64,000 bases of DNA from Squalus acanthias (taxonomy: Eukaryota), in the NCBI GenBank assembly GCA_030390025.1, contig CM059431.1, forward strand, positions 138,510,001 through 138,574,000, given 5' to 3'. This document shows, in pieces, positions 1 to 14,570 of this stretch (positions are counted from its first letter, which is position 1; every line of letters begins with the position of its first letter). The notes under the pieces are model-generated. The model had not been told where the DNA came from. It did no database searches and was given only the letters and a program-made list of their open reading frames with translations. A program made the position numbers and the translations under genes.

Positions 1-3000
1 GATCTCCTGCAGAGACTGACCGATACCTCCTCCAGAGACGGACCGATACCTCCTCCAGAGGAGACTGACCGAGACAACCTCCAGAGACTGACCAAAACCT
101 CCATCAGAGGAGACTGACCAAGACCTCCTCCAGAGGAGACTGACCGAGACCTCCTCCAGAGGAGACTGACCGAGACCTTCTCCAGAGACTGACCGAGACC
201 TCCTCCAGAGACTTTCCGAGACCTCCTCCAGAGGGGACTGACCGAGACCTCCTCCAGAAGAGACTGACCGAGACCTCCTCCAGAGGGGACTGACCGAGAC
301 CTCCTCCAGAGGGGACTGACCGAGACCTCCTCCAGAGGGACTGACCGAGACCTCCTCCAGAGGAGACTGACCGAGACCTCCTCCAGAGACTGACCGAGAC
401 CTCCTCCAGAGGAGCTGACCGAGACCTCCTCCAGAGGAGACTGACCGAGACCTCCTCCAGAGGGGACTGACCGAGACCTCCTCCAGAGACTGACCGAGAC
501 CTCCTCCAGAGACTGACCGAGACCTCCTCCAGAGGAGACTGACCGAGACCTCCTCCAGAGGGACTGACCGAGACCTCCTCAGAGACTGACCGAGACCTCC
601 TCCAGAGACTGACCGAGACCTCCTCCAGAGGAGACTGACCGAGACCTCCTCCAGAGACTGACCGAGACCTCCTCCAGAGGAGACTGACCGAGACCTCCTC
701 CAGAGGAGACTGACCGAGACCTCCTCCAGAGGAGACTGACCGAGACCTCCTCCAGAGGAGACTGACCGAGATCTCCTCCAGAGACTGACCGAGACCTCCT
801 CCAGAGACTGACCGAGACCTCCTCCAGAGGGGACTGACCGAGACCTCCTCCAGAGGGGACTGACCGAGACCTCCTCCAGAGGGGACTGACCGAGACCTCC
901 TGCAGAGGAGACTGACCGAGACCTCCTCCAGAGGAGACTGACCGAGACCTCCTACAGAGGGGACTGACCGAGACCTCCTCCAGAGGGGACTGACCGAGAC
1001 CTCCTCCAGAGGAGACTGACCGAGACCTCCTCCAGAGGGGACTGACCGAGACCTCCTCCAGAGGAGACTGACCGAGACCTCCTCCAGAAGAGACTGACCG
1101 AGACCTCCTCCAGAGGGACTGACCGAGACCTCCTCCAGAGGGACTGACCGAGACCTCCTCCAGAGGAGACTGACCGAGACCTCCTCCAGAGACTGACCGA
1201 GACCTCCTCCAGAGGAGGCTGACCGAGACCTCCTCCAGAGGTGACTGACCGAGACCTCCTCCAGAGGGGACTGAACGAGACCTCCTCCAGAGACTGACCG
1301 AGAACCTCCTCCAGAGACTGACCGAGACCTCCTCCAGAGGAGACTGACCGAGAAATCCTCCAGAGGAGACTGACCGAGACCTCCTCCAGAGACTGACCGA
1401 GACCTCCTCCAGAGGGGACTGACCGAGACATCCTTCAGAGACTGACCGAGACCTCCTCCAGAGACTGACCAATACCTCCTCCAGAGGAGACTGACCGAAA
1501 CAACCTCCAGAGACTGACCGAGACCTCCTCCAGAGGAGACTGACCGAGACCTCCTCCAGAGGAGACTGACCGAGACCTCCTCCAGAGGAGACTGACCGAG
1601 ACCTCCTCCAGAGGAGACTGACCGAGATCTCCTCCAGAGACTGACCGAGACCTCCTCCAGAGACTGACCGAGTCCTCCTCCAGAGGGGACTGACCGAGAC
1701 CTCCTCCAGAGGGGACTGACCGAGACCTCCTCCAGAGGGGACTGACCGAGACCTCCTGCAGAGGAGACTGACCGAGACCTCCTCCAGAGACTGACCGAGA
1801 CCTCCTCCAGAGGGGACTGACCGAGACCTCCTCCAGAGACTGACCGAGACCTCACCCAGAGGGCACTGACCGAGACCTCCTCCAGAGGGGACTGACCGAG
1901 ACCTCCTGCAGAGGAGACTGACCGAGACCTCCTCCAGAGGAGACTGACCGAGACCTCCTCCAGAGGAGACTGACCGAGACCTGCTCCAGAGACTGACCGA
2001 GATCTCCTGCAGAGACTGACCGATACCTCCTCCAGAGACTGACCGATACCTCCTCCAGAGGAGACTGACCGAGACAACCTCCAGAGACTGACCAAAACCT
2101 CCATCAGAGGAGACTGACCAAGACCTCCTCCAGAGGAGACTGACCGAGACCTCCTCCAGAGGAGACTGACCGAGACCTTCTCCAGAGACTGACCGAGACC
2201 TCCTCCAGAGACTTTCCGAGACCTCCTCCAGAGGGGACTGACCGAGACCTCCTCCAGAGGAGACTGACCGAGACCTCCTCCAGAAGAGACTGACCGAGAC
2301 CTCCTCCAGAGGGGACTGACCGAGACCTCCTCCAGAGGGGACTGACCGAGACCTCCTCCAGAGGAGACTGACCGAGACCTCCTCCAGAGACTGACCGAGA
2401 CCTCCTCCAGAGGAGGCTGACCGAGACCTCCTCCAGAGGTGACTGACCGAGACCTCCTCCAGAGGGGACTGAACGAGACCTCCTCCAGAGACTGACCGAG
2501 ACCTCCACTCGAGGAGACTGACCGAGAAATCCTCCAGAGGAGACTGACCGAGACCTCCTCCAGAGACTGACCGAGACCTCCTCCAGAGACTGACCGAGAC
2601 CTCCTCCAGAGGAGACTGACCGAGACCTCCTCCAGAGGAGACTGACCGAGACCTCCTCCAGAGGAGACTGACCGAGACCTCCTCCAGAGACTGACCGAGA
2701 CCTCCTCCAGAGACTGACCGAGACCTCCTCCAGAGACTGACCGAGACCTCCTCCAGAGGAGACTGACCGAGACCTCCTCCAGAGGAGACTGACCGAGACC
2801 TCCTCCAGAGCAGACTGACCGAGACCTCCTCCAGAGACTGACCGAGACCTCCTCCAGAGACTGACCGAGACCTCCTCCAGAGGGGACTGACCGAGACCTC
2901 CTCCAGAGACTGACCGAGACCTCCTCCAGAGGGGACTGACCGAGACCTCCTCCAGAGGGGACTGACCGAGACCTCCTGCAGAGGAGACTGACTGAGACCT

Positions 3001-6000
3001 CCTCTAGAGGAGACTGACCCAGACCTCCTACAGAGGGGACTGACCGAGACCTCCTCCAGAGGGGACTGACCGAGACCTCCTCCAGAGGAGACTGACCGAG
3101 ACCTCCTCCAGATGGGACTGACCGAGACCTCCTCCAGAGGAGGCTGACCGAGACCTCCTCCAGAGGAGACTGACCGAGAGCTCCTCCAGAGACTGACCGA
3201 GACCTCCTCCAGAGGAGACTGACAGAGAAATCCTCCAGAGGAGACTGACCGAGACCTCCTCCAGAGACTGACCGAGACCTCCTCCAGAGACTGACCGAGA
3301 CCTCCACTAGAGGAGACTGACCGAGAAATCCTCCAGAGGAGACTGACCGAGACCTCCTCCAGAGACTGACCGAGACCTCCTCCAGAGGGGACTGACCGAG
3401 ACATCCTTCAGAGACTGACCGAGACCTCCTCCAGAGACTGACCGATACCTCCTCCAGAGGAGACTGACCGAGACAACCTCCAGAGACTGACCGAGACCTC
3501 CTCCAGAGGAGACTGACCGAGACCTCCTCCAGAGGAGACTGACCGAGACCGTCTCCAGAGGAGACTGACAGAGACCTTCTCCAGAGACTGACCGAGACCT
3601 CCTCCAGAGACTGACCGAGACCTCCTCCAGAGACTGACCGAGACCTCCTCCAGAGGGGACTGACCGAGACCTCCTCCAGAGACTGACCGAGACCTCCTCC
3701 AGAGACTGACCGAGACCTCCCCCAGAGGGCACTGTCCGAGACCTCCTCCAGAGGGGACTGACCGAGACCTCCTGCAGAGGAGACTGACTGAGACCTCCTC
3801 CAGAGGGGACTGACCCAGACCTCCTCCAGAGGGGACTGACCCAGACCTCCTCCAGAGGGGACTGACCGAGACCTCCTCCAGAGGAGACTGACCGAGACCT
3901 CCTCCAGATGGGACTGACCGAGACCTCCTCCAGAGGAGACTGACCGAGACCTCCTCCAGAGGAGACTGACCGAGACCTCCTCCAGAGGAGACTGACCGAG
4001 TCCTCCTCCAGAGGAGACTGACCGAGACCTCCTCCAGAGGAGACTGACCGAAACCTTCTCCAGAGACTGACCGAGACCTCCTCCAGAGGAGACTGACCGA
4101 GACCTCCTCCAGAGGAGACTGACCGAGACCTCCTCCAGAGACTGACAGAGACGTCCTCCAGAGGAGGCTGAACGAGACCTCCTCCAGAGACTGACCGAGA
4201 CCTCCTCCAGAGACTGACCGAGACCTCCTCCAGAGACTGACCGAGACCTCCTCCAGAGGAGGCTGACCGAGAACTCCTCCAGAGGAGGCTGACCGAGACC
4301 TCCTCCAGAGGAGACTGACCGAGACCTCCTCTAGAGGGGACTGAACGAGACCTCCTCCAGAGACTGACCGAGACCTCCTCCAAAGACTGACCGAGAGCTC
4401 CTCCAGAGGAGACTGACCGAGACCTCCTCCAGAGGAGACTGACCGAGACCTCCTCCAGAGTAGACTGACCGAGACCTCCTCCAGAGGAGACTGACCGAGA
4501 CCTCCTCCAGAGACTGACCGAGACCTCCTCCAGAGGGAACTGACCGAGACAACCTCCAGAGACTGACCGAGACCTCCTCCAGAGGAGACTGACCGAGACC
4601 TCCTCCAGAGGAGACTGACGGAGACCTCCTCCAGAGGAGACTGACCGAGACCTCCTCCAGAGGAGACTGACCGAGACCTCCTCCAGAGGAGACTGACCGA
4701 GACCTCCTCCAGAGGAGACTGACCGAGACCTCCACCAGAGACTGACCGAGACCTCCACCAGAGGAGACTGACCAAGACCTCCTCCAGAGACTGACCGAGA
4801 ACTCCTCCAGAGGGGACTGACCGAGACCTTCTCCAGAGGAGACTGACCGAAACCTCCTCCAGAGGAGACTGACCGAGACCTTCTCCAGAGACTGACCGAG
4901 ACCTCCTCCAGAGGAGACTGACCGAGACCTTCTCCAGAGACTGACCGAGACCTCCTCCAGCGACTGACCGAGACCTCCTCCAGAGGAGACTGACCGAGAC
5001 CTCCTCCAGAGGAGACTGACCGAGACCTCCTCCAGAGGACACTGACCGAGACCTTCTCCAGAGACTGACTGAGACCTCCTCCAGAGACTGACCGAGACCT
5101 CCTCCAGAGACTGACCGAGACCTCCTCCAGAGGAGACTGACCGAGACCTCCTCCAGAGGAGACTGACCGAGACCTCCTCCAGAGGGGACTGACCGAGACC
5201 TCCTCCAGAGGGGACTGACCGAGACCTCCTCCAGACGAGACTGACCGAGACCTCCTCCAGACGAGACTGACCGAGACCTCCTCCAGAGACCAACTGAGAC
5301 CTCCTCCAGAGGCGGCTGACCGAGACCTCCTCCAGAGGTGACTGACCGAGACCTCCTCCAGAGGGGACTGAACGAGACCTCCTCCAGAGACTGACCGAGA
5401 CCTCCTCCAGAGACTGACCGAGACCTCCTCCAGAGGAGACTGACCAAGAAATCCTCCAGAGGAGACTGACCGAGACCTCCTCCAGAGACTGACCGAGACC
5501 TCCTCCAGAGGGGACTGACCGAGACCTCCTTCAGAGACTGACCGAGACGTCCTCCAGAGACTGACCGATACCTCCTCCAGAGGAGTCTGACCGAGACCTC
5601 CTCCAGAGGAGACTGACCGAGACCTCCTCCAGAGGAGACTGACCGAGACCGTCTCTAGAGACTGACCGAGACCTCCTCCAGAGACTGACCGAGACCTCCT
5701 TCAGAGACTGACCGAGACCTCCTTCAGAGACTGACCGAGACCTCCTCCAGAGACTGACCAATACCTCCTCCAGAGGAGACTGACCGAGACAACCTCCAGA
5801 GACTGACCGAGACCTCCTCCAGAGGAGACTGACCGAGACCTCCTCCAGAGGAGACTGACCGAGACCTCCTCCAGAGGAGACTGACCGAGACCTCCTCCAG
5901 AGGAGACTGACCGAGATCTCCTCCAGAGACTGACCGAGACCTCCACCAGAGACTGACCGAGACCTCCTCCAGAGGGGACTGACCGAGACCTCCTCCAGAG

Positions 6001-9000
6001 GGGACTGACCGAGACCTCCTCCAGAGGGGACTGACCGAGGCCTCCTGCAGAGGAGACTGACTGAGACCTCCTCCAGAGGAGACTGACCCAGACCTCCTAC
6101 AGAGGGGACGACCGAGACCTCCTCCAGAGGGGACTGACCGAGACCTCCTCCAGAGGAGACTGACCGAGACCTCCTCCAGATGGGACTGACCGAGACCTCC
6201 TCCAGAGGAGGCTGACCGAGACCTCCTCCAGAGGAGACTGACCGAGACCTCCTCCAGAGACTGACCGAGACCTCCTCCAGAGACTGACCCAGACATCCTC
6301 CAGAGACTGACCCAGACATCCACCAGAGGAGACTGACCGAGACCTCCTCCAGAGGAGACTGACCGAGCCCTCCTCCAGAGACTGACCGAGACCTCCTCCA
6401 GAGGGGACTGACCGAGACCTCCTCCAGAGACTGACCGAGACCTCCCCCAGAGGGCACTGACCGAGACCTCCTCCAGAGGGGACTGACCGATACCTCCTGC
6501 AGAGGAGACTGACCGAGACCTCCTCCAGAGGAGACTGACCGAGACCTCCTCCAGAGGAGACTGACCGATACCTCCTCCAGAGGAGACTGACCGAGACAAC
6601 CTCCAGAGACTGACCAAAACCTCCATCAGAGGAGACTGACAGAGACCTCCTCCAGAGGAGACTGACCGAGACCTCCTCCAGAGGAGACTGACCGAGACCT
6701 TCTCCAGAGACTGACCGAGACCTCCTCCAGAGACTTTCCGAGACCTCCTCCAGAGGGGACTGACCGAGACCTCCTCCAGAGGAGACTGACCGAGACCTCC
6801 TCCAGAAGAGACTGACCGAGACCTCCTCCAGAGGGGACTGACCGAGACCTCCTCCAGAGGGGACTGACCGAGACCTCCTCCAGAGGAGACTGACCGAGAC
6901 CTCCTCCAGAGACTGACCGAGACCTCCTCCAGAGGAGGCTGACCGAGACCTCCTCCAAAGGTGACTGACCGAGACCTCCTCCAGAGGTGACTGACCGAGA
7001 CCTCCTCCAGAGGGGACTGAACGAGACCTCCTCCAGAGACTGACCGAGACCTCCTCCAGAGACTGACCGAGACCTCCACTAGAGGAGACAGACCGAGAAA
7101 TCCTCCAGAGGCGACTGACCGAGACCTCCTCCAGAGACTGACCGAGACCTCCTCCAGAGGGGACTGACCGAGACCTCCTTCAGAGACTGACCGAGACCTC
7201 CTCCAGAGACTGACCAATACCTCCTCCAGAGGAGACTGACCGAGACCTCCTCCAGAGACTGACCGAGACCTCCTCCAGAGACTGACCGAGACCTCCTCCA
7301 GAGGGGACTGACCGAGACCTCCTCCAGAGACTGACCGAGACCTCCTCCAGAGGGGACTGACCGAGACCTCCTCCAGAGGGGACTGACCGAGACCTCCTGC
7401 AGAGGAGACTGACTGAGACCTCCTCTAGAGGAGACTGACCCAGACCTCCTACAGAGGGGACTGACCGAGACCTCCTCCAGAGGGGACTGACCGAGACCTC
7501 CTCCAGAGGAGACTGACCGAGACCTCCTCCAGAAGGGACTGACCGAGACCTCCTCCAGAGGAGGCTGACCGAGACCTCCTCCAGAGGAGACTGACCGAGA
7601 GCTCCTCCAGAGACTGACCGAGAAATCCTCCAGAGGAGACTGACCGAGACCTCCTCCAGAGACTGACCGAGACCTCCTTCAGAGACTGACCGAGACCTCC
7701 TCCAGAGACTGACCAATACCTCCTCCAGAGGAGACTGACCGAGACAACCTCCAGAGACTGACCGAGACCTCCTCCAGAGGAGACTGACCGAGACCTCCTC
7801 CAGAGGAGACTGACCGAGACCTCCTCCAGAGGAGACTGACAGAGACCTTCTCCAGAGGAGACTGACAGAGACCTTCTCCAGAGACTGACCGAGACCTCCT
7901 CCAGAGACTGACCGAGACCTCCTCCAGAGACTGACCGAGACCTCCTCCAGAGACTGACCGAGACCTCCTCCAGAGGGGACTGACCGAGACCTCCTCCAGA
8001 GACTGACCGAGACCTCCTCCAGAGACTGACCGAGACCTCCCCCAGAGGGCACTGTCCGAGACCTCCTCCAGAGGGGACTGACCGAGACCTCCTGCAGAGG
8101 AGACTGACCGAGACCTCCTCCAGAGGGGACTGACCGAGACCTCCTCCAGAGGAGACTGACCGAGACCTCCTCCAGATGGGACTGACCGAGACCTCCTCCA
8201 GATGGGACTGACCGAGACCTCCTCCAGAGGAGGCTGACCGAGACCTCCTCCAGAGGACACTGACCGAGACCTCCTCCAGAGACTGACCGAGACCTCCTCC
8301 AGAGACTGACCGAGACCTCCTCCAGAGACTGACCGGTACCTCCTCCAGAGGAGACTGACCGAGACAACCTCCAGAGACTGACCGAGACCTCCTCCAGAGG
8401 AGACTGACCGAGACCTCCTCCAGAGGAGGCTGACCGAGACCTCCTCCAGAGGACACTGACCGAGACCTCCTCCAGAGACTGACCGAGACCTCCTCCAGAG
8501 ACTGACCGAGACCTCCTCCAGAGACTGACCGATACCTCCTCCAGAGGAGACTGACCGAGACAACCTCCAGAGACTGACCGAGACCTCCTCCAGAGGAGAC
8601 TGACCGAGTCCTCCTCCAGAGGAGACTGACCGAGACCTCCACCAGAGGAGACTGACCGAAACCTTCTCCAGAGACTGACCGAGACCTCCTCCAGAGGAGA
8701 CTGACCGAGACCTCCTCCAGAGGAGACTGACCGAGACCTCCTCCAGAGGAGACTGACCGAGACCTCCTCCAGAGACTGACAGAGACCTCCTCCAGAGGAG
8801 GCTGAACGAGACCTCCTCCAGAGACTGACCGAGACCTCCTCCAGAGACTGACCGAGACCTCCTCCAGAGGAGGCTGACCGAGACCTCCTCCAGAGGAGGC
8901 TGACCGAGACCTCCTCTTGAGGGGACTGAACGAGACCTCCTCCAGAGACTGACCGAGACCTCCTCCAAAGACTGACCGAGACCTCCTCTAGAGGAGACTG

Positions 9001-12000
9001 ACCGAGACCTCCTCCAGAGGAGACTGACCGAGACCTCCTCCAGAGGAGACTGACCGAGACCTCCTCCAGAGACTGACCGAGACCTCCTCCAGAGACTGAC
9101 CGAGACCTCCTCCAGAGGGGACTGACCGAGACCTCCTTCAGAGCCTGACCGAGACCTCCTCCAGAGACTGACCGATACCTCCTCCAGAGGGAACTGACCG
9201 AGACAACCTCCAGAGACTGACCGAGACCTCCTCCAGAGGAGACTGACCGAGACCTCCTCCAGAGGAGACTGACCGAGACCTCCTCCAGAGGAGACTGACC
9301 GAGACCTCCTCCAGAGGAGACTGACCGAGACCTCCTCCAGAGGAGACTGACCGAGACCTCCTCCAGAGGAGACTGACCGAGACCTCCTCCAGAGGAGACT
9401 GACCGAGACCTCCTCCAGAGGAGACTGACCGAGACCTTCTCCAGAGGAGACTGACCGAGACCTCCTCCAGAGACTGACCGAGAACTCCTCCAGAGGGGAC
9501 TGACCGAGACCTCCTCCAGAGGAGACTGACCGAGACCTTCTCCAGAGACTGACCGAGACCTCCTCCAGAGGGGACTGACCGAGACCTCCTCCAGAGACTG
9601 ACCGAGACCTCCTCCAGAGACTGACCGAGACCTCCCCCAGAGGGCACTGTCCGAGACCTCCTCCAGAGGGGACTGACCGAGACCTCCTGCAGAGGAGACT
9701 GACCGAGACCTCCTCCAGAGGGGACTGACCGAGACCTCCTCCAGAGGAGACTGACCGAGACCTCCTCCAGATGGGACTGACCGAGACCTCCTCCAGATGG
9801 GACTGACCGAGACCTCCTCCAGAGGAGGCTGACCGAGACCTCCTCCAGAGGACACTGACCGAGACCTCCTCCAGAGACTGACCGAGACCTCCTCCAGAGA
9901 CTGACCGAGACCTCCTCCAGAGACTGACCGAGACCTCCTCCAGAGACTGACCGATACCTCCTCCAGAGGAGACTGACCGAGACAACCTCCAGAGACTGAC
10001 CGAGACCTCCTCCAGAGGAGACTGACCGAGACCTCCTCCAGAGGAGGCTGACCGAGACCTCCTCCAGAGGACACTGACCGAGACCTCCTCCAGAGACTGA
10101 CCGAGACCTCCTCCAGAGACTGACCGAGACCTCCTCCAGAGACTGACCGATACCTCCTCCAGAGTAGACTGACCGAGACAACCTCCAGAGACTGACCGAG
10201 ACCTCCTCCAGAGGAGACTGACCGAGTCCTCCTCCAGAGGAGACTGACCGAGACCTCCACCAGAGGAGACTGACCGAAACCTTCTCCAGAGACTGACCGA
10301 GACCTCCTCCAGAGGAGACTGACCGAGACCTCCTCCAGAGGAGACTGACCGAGACCTCCTCCAGAGGAGACTGACCGAGACCTCCTCCAGAGGAGACTGA
10401 CCGAGACCTCCTCCAGAGACTGACAGAGACCTCCTCCAGAGGGAACTGACCGAGACAACCTCCAGAGACTGACCGAGACCTCCGCCAGAGGAGACTGACC
10501 GAGACCTCCTCCAGAGGAGACTGACCGAGACCTCCTCCAGAGGAGACTGACCGAGACCTCCTCCAGAGGAGTCTGACCGAGACCTCCTCCAGAGGAGACT
10601 GACCGAGACCTCCTCCAGAGGGAACTGACCGAGACAACCTCCAGAGACTGACCGAGACCTCCTCCAGAGGAGACTGACCGAGACCTCCTCCAGAGGAGAC
10701 TGACCGAGACCTCCTCCAGAGGAGACTGACCGAGACCTCCTCCAGAGGAGACTGACCGAGACCTCCTCCAGAGGAGACTGACCGAGACCTTCTCCAGAGG
10801 AGACTGACCGAGACCTCCTCCAGAGACTGACCGAGACCTTCTCCAGAGACTGACCGAGACCTCCTCCAGCGACTGACCGAGACCTCCTCCAGAGGGGACT
10901 AACCGAGACCTCCTCCAGAGGAGACTGACCGAGACCTCCTCCAGAGGGGACTGACCGAGACCTCCTCCAGAGGGGACTGACCGAGACCTCCTCCAGACGA
11001 GACTGACCGAGACCTCCTCCAGAGACTAACTGAGACCTCCTCCAGAGGAGGCTGACCGAGACCTCCTCCAGAGGTGACTGACCGAGACCTCCTCCAGAGG
11101 TGACTGACCGAGACCTCCTCCAGAGGGGACTGAACGAGACCTCCTCCAGAGACTGACCGAGACCTCCTCCAGAGACTGACCGAGACCTCCTCCAGAGGAG
11201 ACTGACCGAGAAATCCTCCAGAGGAGACTGACCGAGACATCCTCCAGAGGAGACTGACCGAGACCTCCTCCAGAGACTGACCGAGACCTCCTCCAGAGGG
11301 GACTGACCGAGACCTCCTTCAGAGACTGACCGATACCTCCTCCAGAGGAGTCTGACCGAGACCTCCTCCAGAGGAGACTGACCGAGACCTCCTCCAGAGG
11401 AGACTGACCGAGACCGTCTCCAGAGACTGACCGAGACCTCCTCCAGAGACTGACCGAGACCTCCTCCAGAGACTGACCGAGACCACCTCCAGAGGAGACT
11501 GACCGAGACCTCCTCCAGAGGAGACTGACCGAGACCTCCTCCAGAGGAGACTGACCGAGACCTCCTCCAGAGGAGACTGACCGAGACCTCCTCCAGAGGA
11601 GACTGACCGAGACCTCCTCCAGAGACTGACCGAGAACTCCTCCAGAGACTGACCGAGAACTCCTCCAGAGGGGACTGACCGAGACCTTCTCCAGAGGAGA
11701 CTGACCGAGACCTCCTCCAGAGACTGACCGAGACCTTCTCCAGAGACTGACCGAGACCTCCTCCAGAGGAGGCTGACCGAGACCTCCTCCAGAGGTGACT
11801 GACCGAGACCTCCTCCAGAGGGGACTGAACGAGACCTCCTCCAGAGACTGACCGAGACCTCCTCCAGAGACTGACCGAGACCTCCTCCAGAGACTGACCG
11901 ATACCTCCTCCAGAGGAGACTGACCGAGAAATCCTCCAGAGGAGACTGACCGAGACGTCCTCCAGAGACTGACCGAGACGTCCTCCAGAGACTGACCGAG

Positions 12001-13204
12001 ACCTCCTCCAGAGGAGACTGACCGAGACCTCCTCCAGAGGAGACTGACCGAGACCTCCTCCAGAGGAGACTGACCGAGACCGTCTCCAGAGACTGACCGA
12101 GACCTCCTCCAGAGACTGACCGAGACCTCCTCCAGAGACTGACCGAGACCTCCTCCAGAGACTGACTGAGACCTCCTCCAGAGACTGACCGAGACCTCCT
12201 CCAGAGACTGACCGAGACCTCCTCCAGCGGAGACTGACCGAGACCTCCTCCAGAGGAGACTGACCGAGACCTCCTCCAGAGGACACTGACCGAGACCTCC
12301 TCCAGAGGAGACTGACCGAGACCTCCTCCAGAAGAGACTGACCGAGACCTCCTCCAGAGGAGACTGACCGAGACCTCCTCCAGAGGAGACTGACCGAGAC
12401 CTCCTCCAGAGAGACTGACCGAGACCTCCTCCAGAGGACACTGACCGAGACCTCCTCCAGAGGACACTGACCGAGACCTCCTCCAGAGGAGACTGACCGA
12501 GACCTCCTCCAGAGGGGACTGACCGAGACCTCCTCCAGAGACTTACCCAGACCTCCTCCAGAGGAGACTGACCGAGACCTCCTCCAGAGGAGACTGACCG
12601 AGACCTCCTCCAGAGACTGACCGAGACCTCCTCCAGAGGGGACTGACCGAGACCTCCTCCAGAGACTGACCGAGACCTCCCCCAGAGGGCACTGACCGAG
12701 ACCTCCTGCAGAGGAGACTGACTGAGACCTCCTCCAGAGGAGACTGACCCAGACCTCCTCCAGAGGGGACTGACCGAGACCTCCTCCAGAGGAGACTGAC
12801 CGAGACCTCCTCCAGAGGGGACCTCCTCCAGAGGAGACTGACCGAGACCTCCTCCAGAGGAGACTGACCGAGACCTCCTCCAGAGGAGACTGACCGAGAG
12901 CTCCTCCAGAGGAGACTGACCGAGATCTCCTCCAGAGGAGACTGACCGAGACCTCCTCCAGAGGGGACTGACCGAGACCTCCTCCAGAGGGGACTGACCG
13001 AGACCTCCTCCAGAGGAGACTGACCGAGACCTCCTCCAGAGGAGACTGATCGAGACCTCCTCCAGATGAGACTGATCGAGACCTCCTCCAGAGGAGACTG
13101 ACCGAGACCTTCTCCAGAGGAGACTGACCGAGACCTCCTCCAGAGACTGACCGAGACCTCCTCCAGAGACTGACCGAGACCTCCTCCAGAGGAGACTGAC
13201 CGAG
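1..13204. repeat. Tandem satellite of interspersed 23-bp (GAGACTGACCGAGACCTCCTCCA) and 26-bp (GAGGAGACTGACCGAGACCTCCTCCA) units; runs off the left edge
   Basis: Units read directly along the whole segment. Variant blocks recur (1-~230 is repeated at 2001-~2230). Ends abruptly at ...CCGAG|TTGTACC. Confidence 0.98.
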
Positions 13205-13519
13205 TTGTACCGAATGGGGCCCACGTCAGTTATGTGTGTTTATTGCCTGGGGTTCAATTTCCTCCCTGGGCCCTGGTTTTGTTATCTCTGGTTAACAAGT
13301 TCCTGTTCGATTGGGGCTCTTGTGCTTTAAAGAGGTTAAAGCCTGGGGTTAAAGTAGCCCGGCCTGCAATGTTACAAAAACACGTTAACTCGGTGCCTGA
13401 TGAACAGGGGCTGAGAGGAACTTAAAGTCGGAAACGTGAACCCGTGGATGGACATTTCAAAATAATGCTTGTGTTTCGGAGCGATGCGACAACTTTATGG
13501 GGACATGGGGGCCGATGAT

Positions 13520-13818
13520 GTGTTTTGACAGAGTAAATAGGGAGAAACTGTTTCCGGGGCAGGAGGCTGGGTAACAAGAGAACACAGGTTTAAAATAATT
13601 AGCAAAAGAACCAGAGCGGAGATGAGGAGGATGTTTTCTGCAGCGAGTTGTTCTGATCTGGAATATACTGCCTGAAAGGGTGGTGGAGGCAGATTGTACT
13701 TCTATACTTGTAAAGACACAGTTTGCAGGGTTACGGGGAGAGAGGGTCTAATTGAATCGCTCTTTCAAAGAGCTGGCACAGGCAGGATGGGCCGAATGGG
13801 CTGTGTGATTCTATGATT
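13520..13818 (+). mobile_element. Degenerate CR1 LINE 3' end fragment
   Basis: Resembles the CR1 3' ends elsewhere in the window (RT tail region, GGCCGAATGG 3' UTR motif, TTCTATG-type tail). Boundaries approximate. Confidence 0.65.
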
Positions 13819-14174
13819 TGTTGCAGATTGATGGGGGCCATTTTGCGGCAGGGTGATGTTGACCATTTTGTGACTGGTTCATGGCGGCCATTTCCCGTTG
13901 CCTGTGGGGCCATTTTTAGAGTCCCAGACGCGCTCTTTTGCTGACACTCAGTCTCACCATCTTGTGTAAATTGTATATCCAGCCTCCCGAGTAAGACCAC
14001 CCGCTACAATAGACCGACAGGTCACGTCTACAGTGTCGTTGGGAGAAGGTTGGAAGTACTTTTGAGGAAACTTTATTTAATATATTCAAACAATGAAGCC
14101 AGTTGTGATGAAAATGACGAGGAGACCAGGTGCGAGCTGAAGTAAGCGGTGGGGTTTTATTAACAAAACACAGG

Positions 14175-14475
14175 GACAACAACAATAACTTGCATTTATA
14201 TAGCGGCTTTAATATAATGAAACGTCACAAGGCAATTCACAGACAAAATTCGACACTGAGCCAAAGAAAGAAATTTTAGGACAGCTCGGTGAAACTGGTA
14301 GTTTTTAAGAAGCGTTGAAAGGAGGAAGAGAGAGAGGTAGAGCAGCGAAGAGGGTGAGGGAGGGTATTCCAGAGTTTTGGGCCTTGGCAGCTGAAGTCAA
14401 GGCGCCAATGTGGAGCAACGAAAATCGAGGATGTGCAACAGGTCAGAGGAGTGGAGATCGCGGAGGGTTGTAGGG
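14175..14475 (-). mobile_element. L2-like LINE 3' end fragment
   Basis: ACAACAACAATAACTTGCATTTATATAGC tail. Minus translation FSCQGPKLWNTLPHPLR...FQRFLKT matches the L2 ORF2 C-terminal pattern. Confidence 0.65.
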
Positions 14476-14570
14476 ACACTTGTTACAGAGTCTGACTCCT
14501 CACTGGGAGAGACACACACTGTACACACGGACACTTGTTACAGAGTCTGACTCCTCACTGGGAGAGACAC
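14474..14570. repeat. Two-copy direct repeat (~42-bp core, 55-bp spacing)
   Basis: GGACACTTGTTACAGAGTCTGACTCCTCACTGGGAGAGACAC at ~14474 and ~14529. Confidence 0.85.

Noticed and set aside
1..13204. CRISPR-like array or synthetic construct (GAGACC BsaI site in nearly every unit)
   Set aside because: No unique spacers, no cas genes, eukaryotic context; the site is simply part of the monomer.
104..13224. Very long minus-strand ORFs (up to 1535 aa)
   Set aside because: Translations of the satellite; the same peptides appear in all three frames and most starts are non-ATG.
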